Positions 18,814 through 29,596 of a stretch of 64,000 bases of DNA are shown here, one piece after another; within the stretch, counting starts at the first letter, position 1; every line of letters begins with the position of its first letter. Location of the stretch: the NCBI GenBank assembly GCA_964640195.1, contig CAZXIC010000002.1:81743-145742 (forward strand). The letters are read 5' to 3'. Source of the DNA: an uncultured archaeon. GTDB lineage: Archaea; Iainarchaeota; Iainarchaeia; Iainarchaeales; GCA-2688035. Both the position numbers and the translations under genes were made by a program. The notes beneath the pieces were generated by a model. The model was not told where the DNA came from and searched no databases. It worked only from the letters and a program-made list of their open reading frames with translations.

Positions 18814-19455
18814 ATGCAGCCTGCTATGATGCGGGAAATTGAAAAAATTGCCCTAAGCTATTTTCCAGGGCAGGGGCACCACGGGTTTGACCATACGTTC
18901 AGGGTGAGGGAGCTGGCTCTGAGGATTGCAAGGGAAGAGAAAGCAGATTTGCAGGTTGTTGAGGCAGCAGCGTTGCTGCACGACATCGCAAGGTCGCGCG
19001 AGGACAAGGGAGAGGTGGAATGCCACGCGGAGAAGGGCACTGAGGAGGCTGCAAAAATTCTTGAAGGGGTTGGCTTTCCAAAGGAAAAAATCGCTGCAGT
19101 GCAGCACTGCATTGCAGTGCACAGGGCAAGCAAGGGCTTGAAGGGAAAGACAATGGAGGCAAAAATACTGCAGGACGCTGACAGGCTGGATGTGCTGGGC
19201 GCGATAGGGATTGGCAGGTATTTCCACAGGGCTGGCGCCCTTGGCTTGGAAATGTATGATCAAAAACAATCAACAGACGTTGAATACAGGGGGCAGCGGC
19301 TGCCTGCAATAAACCACATCATAGTGAAGGGCATCAACTTTGCCAAGCCGGAGAAATTCAACACAGCAAAAGGCAGGGAAATTGCAAGGGAAAGGCACGG
19401 CTTCCTGCGGCAGTTTGTTGAAAGGTTTATTGCAGAGTGGGGGGGAGAAAAATGA
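18814..19455 (+). CDS. HD-domain phosphohydrolase
   Basis: 'GFDHTFRV', 'LLHDIAR' and 'DADRLDVLGAIGIGR'. ATG 18814 lies 2 nt after the HAD stop. Confidence 0.8.
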   Translation: MQPAMMREIEKIALSYFPGQGHHGFDHTFRVRELALRIAREEKADLQVVEAAALLHDIARSREDKGEVECHAEKGTEEAAKILEGVGFPKEKIAAVQHCIAVHRASKGLKGKTMEAKILQDADRLDVLGAIGIGRYFHRAGALGLEMYDQKQSTDVEYRGQRLPAINHIIVKGINFAKPEKFNTAKGREIARERHGFLRQFVERFIAEWGGEK

Positions 19456-19557
19456 GGGGAGCAAGGACGCGAAAGGCAGCAGAAATCAGTACAGCGCTAA
19501 TCCGAATTTCGTTCAGTTTGATTAGTTTTTAAAGCATTTTCGCCCCGGTTTTTTAGA

Positions 19558-20934
19558 ATGCTTACAGTGATGAAATTCGGCGGAAGCATCTTGTCAAGCG
19601 AAAGCGATTTGAGGAGAGCAGCAAAAACAGTAAAGCAGCGCTCGAAAAGGGAAAGGCTTGTGGTTGTGGCATCGGCGCTGAAAGGCGCCACTGATTCGCT
19701 TATTGCTGCAGGGTGCAGCAGCCTTGAAAACAGCAGGGCTGTTGAGAGGGAGGTTGCTGCAGTAAGGGAGAAGCACATTGCAATGCTTGCAGGCATAAAA
19801 AGCGACGAGATAAGGCTGCAAGCAGAGAAAAAGCTGCTGAGGAAGACCGCAATGCTGGAGAGGGCCTTGTACGGAATAGCCTACCTCAAGGAGCTTTCAC
19901 CGCGCTCACTTGACATCGTGCAGACAACAGGGGAGAGGATGAGCGTGCCCCTGATTGAGGCATACCTGCTGGATGCAGGTGTTGCCGCTGTTGCCCTGAG
20001 CGGAAGGAAGCACGGTATTGTGACAAACAGCGATTACGGGCAGGGCATCCCATTAATGCACGAAACGAGGAAAAGGCTGGGGAAAAAGGCAAGAAAACTG
20101 CTACATAACAAGGTCGTTGTTTTCCCGGGCTTTTTTGGTTCTGACAGGAAAGGAAACATTGTGAGCTTCGGCAGGGGCGGCAGCGATTTCAGCGCTGCAA
20201 TAGTTGCTGCAGCGCTTAACGCAGATGCGCTTGAGCTGTGGAAGGATGTTGACGGCTTTATGAGTGCAGACCCCAAAATTGTAAGGAATGCCGTGCTGTT
20301 GCCGCACCTCAGTTACGATGAAGCAGAGGAGCTCGGCTATTTCGGCGCAAAAATCATGCACCCGAAAACCGTTCTGCCCCTGAGAAAAAAAGGCATTAGA
20401 ATAGTTGTGAAGAACATTTTAAAGCCGGAAAAAGCGGGCACTATTGTAAGCGGGAGGAAACAGAGACATGAGAGGGTGATAAAGTCTATTGCAATCAAGA
20501 GAAACATTGCCTGCGTTACCCTGAGGAGCCCTGCCTTTGTCGGTCAAGCAGGGGTGCTGCAGAAGATTTTCTCGGCGATGGCAGATGCATGCGTTAGCGT
20601 TGACCTGGTTGCAACAAGCGAAACCGGCGTCAGCTTCACAATCGACGAGCAAAACATGCAGCTTGCGAGAAAGTCGGTTCCAGCAATAGACCTCTCCCTG
20701 GAGGAGGTTGCGTTTGACAGCAGCGTCGCAATGGTTGGAATGGTCGGCGAGGGGCTGAAACACACACCGGGCCTGGCAGGCAGGGTGTTCAGCTGCCTCG
20801 GGAAACACAAAATAAACGTTGAAATGATTTCCCAGGGTAGCAGTGAGATAAACATCTCTTTTCTGGTAAAGGAAAGGGATTTGGGAAAAGCAGTGAGGGC
20901 GCTGCACAGGGAAGTGTGCGGGGGCAGCAGATGA
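19558..20934 (+). CDS. lysC: Aspartate kinase
   Basis: 'MKFGGSIL' amino-acid-kinase N-terminus, 'FGRGGSDFSAA' and two C-terminal ACT-like repeats. Confidence 0.9.
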   Translation: MLTVMKFGGSILSSESDLRRAAKTVKQRSKRERLVVVASALKGATDSLIAAGCSSLENSRAVEREVAAVREKHIAMLAGIKSDEIRLQAEKKLLRKTAMLERALYGIAYLKELSPRSLDIVQTTGERMSVPLIEAYLLDAGVAAVALSGRKHGIVTNSDYGQGIPLMHETRKRLGKKARKLLHNKVVVFPGFFGSDRKGNIVSFGRGGSDFSAAIVAAALNADALELWKDVDGFMSADPKIVRNAVLLPHLSYDEAEELGYFGAKIMHPKTVLPLRKKGIRIVVKNILKPEKAGTIVSGRKQRHERVIKSIAIKRNIACVTLRSPAFVGQAGVLQKIFSAMADACVSVDLVATSETGVSFTIDEQNMQLARKSVPAIDLSLEEVAFDSSVAMVGMVGEGLKHTPGLAGRVFSCLGKHKINVEMISQGSSEINISFLVKERDLGKAVRALHREVCGGSR

Positions 20935-21983
20935 AAAAAACGAAGGTCGGCGTTCTGGGCGCTACAGGAATGGTTGGACAGCGCTTCCTGGCTTTGCTTG
21001 AGAACAACAGCTGGTTTGAAGTAACAGCACTGGCTGCAAGCGAGAGGAGCGCTGGGAAGACTTACAGGGAAGCGGTTGCCGGCAGATGGGCTGTTGAAGG
21101 AAACATTCCGGAAAAATTTGCTGAAATGGTTGTACAAAAATGCGAGCCTGTACTGGACTGCGAACTGGTTTTTGGTGCGCTGGACAGCAGTGTTGCAGAA
21201 CCGATAGAGCAGCGGTTTGCAAAAGAGGGCTATGCTGTTTCAAGCAACACCAGGTGCCACAGGATGTGCGATGATGTTCCACTTGTGATTCCGGAAGTGA
21301 ACCCAGAGCATTTGCAAGCAGTGGAGCAGCAGAAAAAGAACAGGAAATGGGAAGGATTTATTGTAACAAACCCGAACTGCAGCACTATTGCAATGGTTCT
21401 TGCGCTGACACCGCTGCACAAAAAATTCGGTTTGCAGAAAATCAATGTTACGACAATGCAGGCCCTGAGCGGCGCAGGCTACCCGGGGGTTGCATCGCTT
21501 GACATAATTGACAACGTTGTGCCTTTCATAAAAAACGAGGAGGAAAAGATGCAGACAGAGCCCCTGAAAATTTGGGGCAGCCTGAGCAATGGGCAATTTG
21601 AAAACGCGGAAATAAAGATTAGCGCGCACTGCAACAGGGTGAACGTCAAGGACGGTCATCTGGAAGCGGTTTCAATCGCACTGCAGCGCAAGCCAGGGCT
21701 GCGGGAAGTGGTTAAAACTCTGCGGGAATTCAGGGGAGAGCCCCAGAGGCTTGGGCTGCCGTCAGCACCAAAACATCCCGTTATTGTGCTGGAAGAGGAG
21801 AACAGGCCGCAGCCGAGGCTTGACAGGATGCTGGAAAACGGGATGGCCTCCGTTGTTGGAAGAATCAGGGAAGACCAGATAATGGACTACAAGCTGCTTG
21901 TTTTGGGGCACAACACGATTAGGGGCGCTGCAGGCTGCGCAGTATTGAACGCGGAACTGTTAAAAGCAAAAAAGTACATCTGA
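20931..21983 (+). CDS. asd: Aspartate-semialdehyde dehydrogenase
   Basis: '[14 protein letters not shown]' Rossmann motif and active-site 'NPNCSTI'. ATGA start/stop overlap with lysC. Confidence 0.9.
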   Translation: MKKTKVGVLGATGMVGQRFLALLENNSWFEVTALAASERSAGKTYREAVAGRWAVEGNIPEKFAEMVVQKCEPVLDCELVFGALDSSVAEPIEQRFAKEGYAVSSNTRCHRMCDDVPLVIPEVNPEHLQAVEQQKKNRKWEGFIVTNPNCSTIAMVLALTPLHKKFGLQKINVTTMQALSGAGYPGVASLDIIDNVVPFIKNEEEKMQTEPLKIWGSLSNGQFENAEIKISAHCNRVNVKDGHLEAVSIALQRKPGLREVVKTLREFRGEPQRLGLPSAPKHPVIVLEEENRPQPRLDRMLENGMASVVGRIREDQIMDYKLLVLGHNTIRGAAGCAVLNAELLKAKKYI

Positions 21984-21986
21984 TTA

Positions 21987-22742
21987 TTGGTGAGCAGATA
22001 CTTGATTGCAATAACAGGCCACTTTGAAAGGCCGAAAGTGAAAAGAATTGCAAAAAAGGCAGAGGCACGGCTGCAAAAACTGGGTGCAAAAGCAGTTGCA
22101 GCAGACATCAAAAAAAAGAAATTCAACGGGAAGAAAATCCGGTTGGTTATCGCCGTTGGAGGCGACGGAACCCTTCTGAGAGTGGTGCGCGAATTGAGGG
22201 CGCGAAAGGCGGTTGTCGGAATTGCGGCTGGGGAACAAAGCGCTTTAATGCAAATAAAGCAGGAACATTTGCAAAGGGCGCTGCAGAGAATTGCGAAGGG
22301 AAAATACTCAATCCAGAAAAGGCTGAGGCTTCAGGCATTGGCAGGCAGGAAACCACTGCAGGAAGCGCTAAACGAGGTAATGCTGGTGAACAGCAAAAGC
22401 GGTGCAATAATAAATTACTGCCTTTACGTGAATGGGAAAAGGCGCTACTGCTGCAGGGCTGACGCTTGCATTGTTGCAACCCCAACAGGAAGCACAGGGC
22501 ATGCGTACAGCGCCGGCGGTAAACGGCTCCCTGCCGGCTGCAAAAAAATTGCAGTGGTACCAAGCAACCCGCTTAACAGGGCAGCAAAGCCCCTGTATCT
22601 GAAGGGCGGCAGCAAAATCGCCTTGCTTGGCTTTGACGAAAAGCAAGGACACGAGGTTGTGGTGGACGGCCAGCCGCGTTTCAGGGTGAAGAAGAGGCTG
22701 CTGGTAAGTGTGGGAAAAGAAGCGCTTTTCCTGAAGATTTAG
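21987..22742 (+). CDS. nadK: NAD kinase
   Basis: 'VIAVGGDGTLL' and 'IVATPTGSTGHAYSAGG' motifs. Confidence 0.85.
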   Translation: MVSRYLIAITGHFERPKVKRIAKKAEARLQKLGAKAVAADIKKKKFNGKKIRLVIAVGGDGTLLRVVRELRARKAVVGIAAGEQSALMQIKQEHLQRALQRIAKGKYSIQKRLRLQALAGRKPLQEALNEVMLVNSKSGAIINYCLYVNGKRRYCCRADACIVATPTGSTGHAYSAGGKRLPAGCKKIAVVPSNPLNRAAKPLYLKGGSKIALLGFDEKQGHEVVVDGQPRFRVKKRLLVSVGKEALFLKI

Positions 22743-22804
22743 TTTATTGCCGAAGGGGTATTATTAAAATAAATTTGCAGGGCAATTCTGTTTGGTTGGG
22801 CTGA

Positions 22805-23869
22805 ATGGATATAGAGAAATATCTCGCGGAAAAGAAGCCCTTGATTGACAGGGAGATTGAAAAGGTGATTCCCAGAAAGCTCAGTGAGAATTGGCTGCAC
22901 GATGCCCTTGGTAAACCAGATTACAGCTATGACGCAGAGAGCATTTCGCGCAGCACTGCAGGGCCAATTTGGGATTTGTTGGACAGGGGCGGCAAGAGGT
23001 GGAGGCCTGGGCTTACGCTGCTCTGCTGTGAAGCGGTCGGCGGTGGGGAAAATGATGCGTTGCCTTTCACGCCAGTTGTGGAATTAATCCACTCTGGAAC
23101 ACTGATTTGCGATGATGTTGAGGACGACAGCCAGAAGCGGAGGGGCAAGCCCTGCATCCACTTGGTTTACGGGCAGGACACCGCGATAAACACCGGCTGC
23201 GCGCTTTACTTCATTCCCTTGACACTGCTGTACAAAAACAGGCAAGGGATTGGCTGTGAAAAGGGCAAGAAAATCTATGACCTGTACGCGGAAGAAATGC
23301 TGAGGTTAAGCATCGGGCAGGCGACAGACATTTTTTGGCACAAGGGGGAAAAGCAGGGCATTACGGAGCAGCAGTACCTGCAGATGGTTGTAAACAAGAC
23401 AGGCGTCCTTGCAAGGTTTGCGGCAAAAATGGGCGCTATTCTTGGAAACGGAAGCATGGAGCAGATTGATGCACTTGGAAAATTCGGGGAATCAGTTGGC
23501 ATCGGCTTCCAGATACAGGATGACATACTTGAGCTGACCAGCGGGCAGTTCAGGAAAGGCAAGGGCAGTTTGGGGGGAGACATCCATGAGGGGAAGATGA
23601 CGCTGCTTGTCATAAAAACGCTTGAAAAGGCTTCGGCAAGCGATAAAAAGCGCTTGATTGAGATTTTGCAATCCCACGCAAGCGATGAAAAGCGCATTAA
23701 CGAGGCGATTGCGATAATTAAAAGATACGGGGCAATTGAATACGCTGGGGAAAAAGCCAACGCGATTGTTGAAAACGCATGGAAGGAGATTGACGCAGTG
23801 CTGCCGGAAAGCGGGGCAAAGGAGCTCTTACACGGCTTGGCCCTGTACTGCACGAAAAGGGAAATATAG
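22805..23869 (+). CDS. idsA: Polyprenyl (geranylgeranyl) diphosphate synthase
   Basis: First Asp-rich motif 'ICDDVEDDSQKRRGKP' and second 'GFQIQDDILE'. Confidence 0.9.
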   Translation: MDIEKYLAEKKPLIDREIEKVIPRKLSENWLHDALGKPDYSYDAESISRSTAGPIWDLLDRGGKRWRPGLTLLCCEAVGGGENDALPFTPVVELIHSGTLICDDVEDDSQKRRGKPCIHLVYGQDTAINTGCALYFIPLTLLYKNRQGIGCEKGKKIYDLYAEEMLRLSIGQATDIFWHKGEKQGITEQQYLQMVVNKTGVLARFAAKMGAILGNGSMEQIDALGKFGESVGIGFQIQDDILELTSGQFRKGKGSLGGDIHEGKMTLLVIKTLEKASASDKKRLIEILQSHASDEKRINEAIAIIKRYGAIEYAGEKANAIVENAWKEIDAVLPESGAKELLHGLALYCTKREI

Positions 23870-23924
23870 CTGATTGCTGCAAAAAAGGTGAGGCTGCATT
23901 AAACCCAAGGGCAAAAGCATTGCC

Positions 23925-24785
23925 GTGATTGGTTCAGGGCCAGCAGGAATGCATGCAGCGCTGCTGCTTGCAAAGGCAGGCTTTGCCGTTGAGCTGTTTG
24001 AAAGGGAGGAAAAGCTCGGGGGTGCCTTGCGCTATTACCTGCCCCTTTTCAGGTTCAAGAGGGATGGCATAGAAAAGAAAGCAGCTGAATTGCGGAAACT
24101 TGGCGTGGAAATCCATCTGGGAAAAGAGATTGGAAAGCACGAAAAGCTGGATAAAATATCTAAAAGGTTTGATTCTGTTGTGCTTGCAACAGGCGAATGG
24201 AAGGAGAGAAAGCTCGGCTTGGGCGGGGAGCAGTTAAAAGGAGTGGAATATTGGACAACATTTCTGCGGAAATACAACGAGGGAAAGCAAGAACTGCTGC
24301 GTGGAGAGAATGCAATTGTCATCGGGGGCGGTGATACTGCAATAGATTGCGCAAGAGTGGCAAAAAGGCTCGGGGCAGATGCGACGATTGCCTACAGGAG
24401 GAGCAGGGAGGGAATGCCAGCGGAAAAGCAGGGGGTAGAGGCAGCCGAACAAGAAGGCGTGAAATTCAGGTTTCACTTGAGCCCGGTTGAATTCAGGGGG
24501 AAAGAAAGGCTTGAAGCGATTGTCTTTGAAAAAACACTGGGAACAGGAAGGGAAATGCAAATGACTGGAGAGAGTGAAGAGCTGCCGGCAGGCAGGGCAA
24601 TAATCGCCTCAGGCCAGCAGCCAGACATGGGTGTTTTGCATGGCACCTGCTGGAACAGCTTTGCCCAGCTGCCTGAAAAAATAGTGCTTGCCGGAGACCT
24701 TGCAAACAGGGAAAGGAGGATTGCCGCAGCAATTGGTTCAGCTGCAGCTGCAGCTGAAAAAATAAAAGAAATTATAGGCAATTGA
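23925..24785 (+). CDS. FAD/NAD(P)-binding oxidoreductase, glutamate-synthase-small-subunit-like, lacking the Fe-S N-domain
   Basis: Two dinucleotide folds, 'VIGSGPAGMHAALLLAKAG..ELFEREEKLGG' and 'IVIGGGDTAIDCARVA'. The in-frame region upstream of the GTG encodes the missing beta1 strand (see findings). Confidence 0.7.
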   Translation: MIGSGPAGMHAALLLAKAGFAVELFEREEKLGGALRYYLPLFRFKRDGIEKKAAELRKLGVEIHLGKEIGKHEKLDKISKRFDSVVLATGEWKERKLGLGGEQLKGVEYWTTFLRKYNEGKQELLRGENAIVIGGGDTAIDCARVAKRLGADATIAYRRSREGMPAEKQGVEAAEQEGVKFRFHLSPVEFRGKERLEAIVFEKTLGTGREMQMTGESEELPAGRAIIASGQQPDMGVLHGTCWNSFAQLPEKIVLAGDLANRERRIAAAIGSAAAAAEKIKEIIGN

Positions 24786-24860
24786 CGAATTTTGATTTGA
24801 CGATAACCGTAACCTTTTTATAAGGCAGCTGAATATAATTGATAAAACAAGGGTGGAAAG

Positions 24861-26156
24861 TTGCCTTCAAGCGAGATACACAGGTTCTACAAAAAAAGCC
24901 AGCAGGAAAGGCTGCAGACAGTGAAGGAATTCGCTTCATTGTCAGGAGAGGACATTGCTGTTTTACAGAAATTTGGCGCAATGGATTTTGAGACAGCAGA
25001 CAGGATGAACGAGAATGTTGTTGGAACACAGCAGTTGCCGCTTGGCATAGCAACCAACTTCCAGATAAACGGGAAGGACTACATTGTGCCAATGAGCATT
25101 GAGGAGCCGAGCATTATTGCAGCAGCAAGCAAAATTGCAGGATTGGTAAGGAAAACAGGCGGCTTTACTGCATCGGCAGACGAACCAATAATGGTAGGGC
25201 AGATTCAGCTTTTGGGGGCAAAAGATGCACGCAAAGCAAAGAAGGCAATAATGGCAAAGAAGAAAGAGCTTCTCCGAAAGGCGAATTCGTTTGACCCGGT
25301 CTTGGTGAAATTCGGCGGCGGGGCAAAGGACATCAAGGCGAGGGAAGTGAAAAGCGAACGAGGGAAGATGCTTGTAGTGCACCTGTTGGTTGATTGCAGG
25401 GATGCAATGGGGGCAAATGCAGTGAACGGAATGGTTGAAACAATAGCGCCGGAGGTTGCGGAATTGGCAGGAGGAGAGCCGCGGCTGTTCATAATCAGCA
25501 ACCTTGCAGTGCACAGGAAGGCAAGGGCAAAAGCGGTTTTAACACCTAAGGCACTGGAAGAGAGCTTCAAGGGAAAAGAAGTCGGGTTTTCCGGCAAGGA
25601 AATAATTGAAAGGATTCTGGATGTGTATGCCCTGGCTGCAGCAGACCAGTTCCGTGCTACAACGCACAACAAGGGGGTAATGAATGCGATTGACGCAATT
25701 GCAATTGCAACAGGGCAGGACTGGAGGGCGCTTGAGAGCGGGGCGCACAGCTTTGCGGCTTATGAGCGGAAATACAGCCCTTTGACGCGTTACAGGAAGG
25801 ACAAGAAAGGTAACCTTGTTGCTGAGATAGAGCTGCCCTTGGCTGTTGGGCTGGTTGGAGGGGCGGTAAAAACAAGCCCAGTTGCACAGGTTGCGATAAA
25901 AATCCTTGGCATCAAGACCGCGCAGCAATTGGCCCAGGTAATGGCAGCTGTTGCTTTGGCAGAGAACATCGGCAGCCTGAGGGAGATTGCTGTTAGGGGG
26001 ATAAGGCACGGGCACATGGAACTGCATGCAAAGAACATTGCGGTCATTGCCGGCGCAAAGGCGAAAGAGATTGACGCAGTTGCGGAGCAGATAGCAAGGG
26101 AAGGGAATATAAGGGTTAACAGGGCAAAGGAAATACTTTTGGAGTTGAGGAAATGA
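24861..26156 (+). CDS. mvaA: HMG-CoA reductase, class II (bacterial/MvaA-like)
   Basis: '[16 protein letters not shown]', 'DAMGANAVN', '[14 protein letters not shown]', 'GLVGGAVK' and '[13 protein letters not shown]'. Collinear with class II enzymes as I recall them. Confidence 0.9.
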   Translation: MPSSEIHRFYKKSQQERLQTVKEFASLSGEDIAVLQKFGAMDFETADRMNENVVGTQQLPLGIATNFQINGKDYIVPMSIEEPSIIAAASKIAGLVRKTGGFTASADEPIMVGQIQLLGAKDARKAKKAIMAKKKELLRKANSFDPVLVKFGGGAKDIKAREVKSERGKMLVVHLLVDCRDAMGANAVNGMVETIAPEVAELAGGEPRLFIISNLAVHRKARAKAVLTPKALEESFKGKEVGFSGKEIIERILDVYALAAADQFRATTHNKGVMNAIDAIAIATGQDWRALESGAHSFAAYERKYSPLTRYRKDKKGNLVAEIELPLAVGLVGGAVKTSPVAQVAIKILGIKTAQQLAQVMAAVALAENIGSLREIAVRGIRHGHMELHAKNIAVIAGAKAKEIDAVAEQIAREGNIRVNRAKEILLELRK

Positions 26157-27205
26157 TTGGGATAACTGGTTACGGGGTGTACGTGCCAAAGTACAGGATT
26201 ACGCTTGAAGAGATTGCCCTCACCTGGGAAAAGGACGGGAAAAAGATAGCTGAATCCCTGAATGTAAAGGAGAAGGCAGTGGCAAGTTTTGACGAGGATG
26301 CCTGCACTATTGCGGTTGAGGCAGCAAGAAACGCAGTGAAGATGGCTGGCATTGATGCCCAGAAGATAGGTGTAGTGTATGTGGGCAGTGAATCCCACCC
26401 CTATGCAGTGAAGCCCACTGCATCGGTTGTAGCAGACGCAATAAACGCCGGCCCGGAGCTGACAGCAGCAGACCTGGAGTTTGCCTGCAAGGCTGGAACT
26501 GCCGGAATGCAGATGTGCATGGGCCTGGTGCTGAGCGACCAGCCTGATTGGATTGATTACGGCCTGGCGATTGGGGCTGACACTGCCCAGGGCAGGCCGG
26601 GAGATGCCTTGGAGTACACTGCAGCAAGCGGCGGTGCAGCGTTTATCATTGGGAAGAAGCCAACGGAAGTGATTGCAGAGATTGACGAAACATTTTCCTA
26701 TACAACCGACACGCCTGATTTCTGGAGGAGGCAGAACGCGGAATTCCCGAGGCACGCTGGCAGGTTTACGGGAGAACCGGCATACTTCAAGCACGTTGTG
26801 AACGCAGCAGAGGGGCTGATGGCAAAAGCCAAAATGAAGGCAGATGATTTTGATTACGCCGTGTTCCACCAGCCAAACGGAAAGTTCCCAATAAGGGCTG
26901 CAAAAATGCTTGGAATCAAGCCAGAGAAGACAGTTCAGGGATTGCTCGCGCCACTGATAGGAAACACTTACAGCGGGAGCACCCTGATTGGGCTTGCGTC
27001 AATCCTGGACGCTGCAAAGCCAGGGCAAAAAATCCTTGCGGTAAGCTATGGAAGTGGAGCAGGCAGCGATGCGTTTGCCCTGACAGTCAGAAAGCCGATT
27101 GAAAGGAAGAGGGCAGGGCAGCCAGTGCTTGCTGTGATTAAGGAAAAGCAGTACATCAGCTACGCCCAGTACGCAAAATTCAGGAGGAAGCTGAAAACAC
27201 TGTAA
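26153..27205 (+). CDS. HMG-CoA synthase, archaeal type
   Basis: '[21 protein letters not shown]' N-terminus, active-site region '[11 protein letters not shown]' and 'FHQPNGKFP'. 4-nt overlap with the reductase gene. Confidence 0.9.
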   Translation: MIGITGYGVYVPKYRITLEEIALTWEKDGKKIAESLNVKEKAVASFDEDACTIAVEAARNAVKMAGIDAQKIGVVYVGSESHPYAVKPTASVVADAINAGPELTAADLEFACKAGTAGMQMCMGLVLSDQPDWIDYGLAIGADTAQGRPGDALEYTAASGGAAFIIGKKPTEVIAEIDETFSYTTDTPDFWRRQNAEFPRHAGRFTGEPAYFKHVVNAAEGLMAKAKMKADDFDYAVFHQPNGKFPIRAAKMLGIKPEKTVQGLLAPLIGNTYSGSTLIGLASILDAAKPGQKILAVSYGSGAGSDAFALTVRKPIERKRAGQPVLAVIKEKQYISYAQYAKFRRKLKTL

Positions 27206-27250
27206 AGGTGGAAAAATGCTGTCAGGAAAAGTAAGGAGAAGGGGGCAAGA

Positions 27251-28408
27251 ATGAGGAGCGTTTCAATAATCGGCGCGGCATGCACCAAGTGCGGCGAGCA
27301 CTGGGAGAAGGCATTCAGGGAACTGGTTGCAGAGGCCGGAGTACAGGCGCTGATGCAAAGCGGCTTGGTTGGCAAGGACATTGAGGCAATTTACGGCAGC
27401 TGCATGGCTTCAGGGCGCTTTATCGCACAGGAGCACATCGGCGCGCTGATTGTGGACCAGCTTGGTTTGGTACCTATACCAGCAACGAGGATTGAGGCTG
27501 CCTGCGCTTCAGGCGGCGTTGCGCTGAGGAATGCCTACCTTGCGGTTGCTTCAGGCGCATACGATGTGGTTGCAGTTGGAGGCGTGGAAAAGATGACTGA
27601 GGTGAGCACGAGCGAGGCGGCGATTGCATTAGGGGGAGCGGGCGACCAGGAAACAGAGCTGTTCCACGGGGCAAGCTTTCCCGCATTGTATGCACTGATG
27701 GCAAGGCGGCACATGCACGAATTCGGAACAACGGAGGAGCAGATGGCAATGTGCTCTGTCCAGGCGCACAAGAACGGCATGCTGAATCCCAACTCGCAGT
27801 TCCACAGGGAAATTACTGTTGAAGACGTGATGAATTCCGGCTGCGTTGCAAGCCCGCTCAAGCTGCTGGACTGCTCGCCCATAACAGATGGGGCAGCAGC
27901 CCTCATCCTGTGCGAAACAGGGAAGGCAAAAAAGCTCGGGGCAGACGCGATTGAAATCATTGGCTCTGCGCAGGCTTCAGATAGCTTGGCCCTGACAGGC
28001 AGAAAGAGCCTCACAGAGCTGCGCGCCACAAAGAGTGCTGCGGAGAAAGCATACTCGCAGGCAGGCGTCAGGGTAAAGGACATTGACGTGGTTGAATTGC
28101 ATGATTGCTTTTCCATAGCGAACATAATGGCAATAGAGGGTCTGGGTTTCTTCAAAAAAGGCGAAGGGGGTAAGGCTGTTGAGGAAGGAAGAACAGCCCT
28201 AAATTCAGAAATCTCGGTTAATCCCTCAGGCGGGCTGAAATGCGGGCATCCTGTGGGAGCGACAGGCGTAAAGCAAGTGGCGGAAATAGTTGGGCAGCTG
28301 CTCGGCAAATGCGGGAAACGGCAGGTTAAAGGCGCGGAAATCGGCTTGGCGCACAACGTTGGAGGCAGTGGGGCAACAGCTGCTGTCCACATACTGCGCA
28401 GGGCATAG
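27251..28408 (+). CDS. Acetyl-CoA acetyltransferase (archaeal thiolase)
   Basis: 'RIEAACASGGVALR' (active-site Cys), 'ELHDCFSI' and 'GGLKCGHPVGATG'. Confidence 0.9.
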   Translation: MRSVSIIGAACTKCGEHWEKAFRELVAEAGVQALMQSGLVGKDIEAIYGSCMASGRFIAQEHIGALIVDQLGLVPIPATRIEAACASGGVALRNAYLAVASGAYDVVAVGGVEKMTEVSTSEAAIALGGAGDQETELFHGASFPALYALMARRHMHEFGTTEEQMAMCSVQAHKNGMLNPNSQFHREITVEDVMNSGCVASPLKLLDCSPITDGAAALILCETGKAKKLGADAIEIIGSAQASDSLALTGRKSLTELRATKSAAEKAYSQAGVRVKDIDVVELHDCFSIANIMAIEGLGFFKKGEGGKAVEEGRTALNSEISVNPSGGLKCGHPVGATGVKQVAEIVGQLLGKCGKRQVKGAEIGLAHNVGGSGATAAVHILRRA

Positions 28409-28467
28409 CGAGGAGAATAAGGATAATAGCAAAAGGCGAATAAATTTGCATTAAGGTGGAATCGGGA

Positions 28468-28806
28468 ATGGTCGAAAAAATCTTGCAGAATTTCTTGGTT
28501 GGTGGGGCATTGGTTGCATTGGCTTTGGCTGTGGGTTCAGTTGCAGGGGCTGTTTTCGGCGGCTTGGTTGCTGCTCTACCAATAAGGCTAGCTGCAACGC
28601 TGCTGATAGGCGGCATGAGAGAGGGCGAGCAATTTGCACTAAAGATGGCTGAAGGCTCATTGCTTACTTATTTCGGAACTTTTGCCTTCATTGCAATTTT
28701 GTTTTTGGGAATTCCAAGAATCGGCTTTGCAAAGAGTTTTGTTATAGCAATAGTTGCAGATGCGGCAATTATCTTGTTATTGTTTAAGTTAGCTGGAAAA
28801 ATTTGA
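28468..28806 (+). CDS. Small integral membrane protein
   Basis: About 112 aa with 3-4 hydrophobic helices ('FLVGGALVALALAVGSVAGAVFGGLVAALPI...'). Inserted between the thiolase and DUF35 genes. Confidence 0.5.
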   Translation: MVEKILQNFLVGGALVALALAVGSVAGAVFGGLVAALPIRLAATLLIGGMREGEQFALKMAEGSLLTYFGTFAFIAILFLGIPRIGFAKSFVIAIVADAAIILLLFKLAGKI

Positions 28807-28817
28807 TTGGTGACGGA

Positions 28818-29222
28818 ATGACGAACGGCGGTTTGCCTTTGATTTGGAGGAAATTCCCTGAAAGGTACTTGCTGCAGGGGAACAAGTGCGAAACGTGCGG
28901 AAGCGCTTTCTTCCCAGCAAGGACAATCTGCCCGAACTGCAGGAGGAAAGGGAAGCTGGTTGAACAGGAAATGCCAAGGGAAGGGAAAATAATCACTTTC
29001 ACTGAGGTCTTCACTGCCCCATACGGCTTTGAGTTTGAGACGCCTTACTTTATCGCAATAATTGAGTTGAGCAACAAGGCAAAAGTGCTTTCGCAGGTTG
29101 TTGATTCGCCGAGGGAAAAAATTAGGATTGGGACAAAGGTCAGGAAGGTCTTCAGGAAAATATCAGACATTGACCCTGAAGGGCCGATTGCGTACGGGTA
29201 TAAATTCAAGGTTGTGGACTAA
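28818..29222 (+). CDS. DUF35-type Zn-ribbon/OB-fold protein (thiolase/HMGCS scaffold family)
   Basis: 'CETCGSAFFPARTICPNCRRKG' rubredoxin-like ribbon followed by an OB-fold-like segment. ATG 28818 preferred over TTG 28803. Confidence 0.8.
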   Translation: MTNGGLPLIWRKFPERYLLQGNKCETCGSAFFPARTICPNCRRKGKLVEQEMPREGKIITFTEVFTAPYGFEFETPYFIAIIELSNKAKVLSQVVDSPREKIRIGTKVRKVFRKISDIDPEGPIAYGYKFKVVD

Positions 29223-29237
29223 TTTTATTGGTGTGAA

Positions 29238-29567
29238 ATGCCTAAACCAAGGGATGCAAGAACCGAGATTAGGAAGCTGGTTTTCACCGCAATGGGACTG
29301 GGCCCCAGTAAAGGCATCCTAAGAGAAAAGTCAAGGTCCGATATACACGCTTTTCTACAGCCCTACGGAGGAGCAAGATATCCGTTGGTTAGGGCAGGCG
29401 ATAGAACAAAGATCGCACAGGAATACCTGCAAGCACAGCACAGGCTGCTGGAATTTTACCAGCGAGCGATGAGGGAAGTCGGGCTTATCGGGGAAAGGGA
29501 AACTCCCTTTACAATTTACCCATTAAGAAATAGCCTACTTTATCAGATAAAGGCAAGGAAAAGGTAA
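29238..29567 (+). CDS. Hypothetical protein
   Basis: 109-aa ORF with normal composition inside the mevalonate cluster. No motif recognised. Confidence 0.45.
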   Translation: MPKPRDARTEIRKLVFTAMGLGPSKGILREKSRSDIHAFLQPYGGARYPLVRAGDRTKIAQEYLQAQHRLLEFYQRAMREVGLIGERETPFTIYPLRNSLLYQIKARKR

Positions 29568-29596
29568 TCTTTAACTTATTTTGCGAAAATAAGTTA

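Noticed and set aside
25790-26869. 359-aa minus-strand ORF across the HMG-CoA reductase/synthase junction
   Set aside because: It is antisense to two genes with unambiguous catalytic motifs. Its Cys/His/Arg-rich composition is not protein-like.
27535-28392. 285-aa minus-strand ORF
   Set aside because: It is antisense to the thiolase gene and has Ser/Pro/Ala-rich shadow composition.
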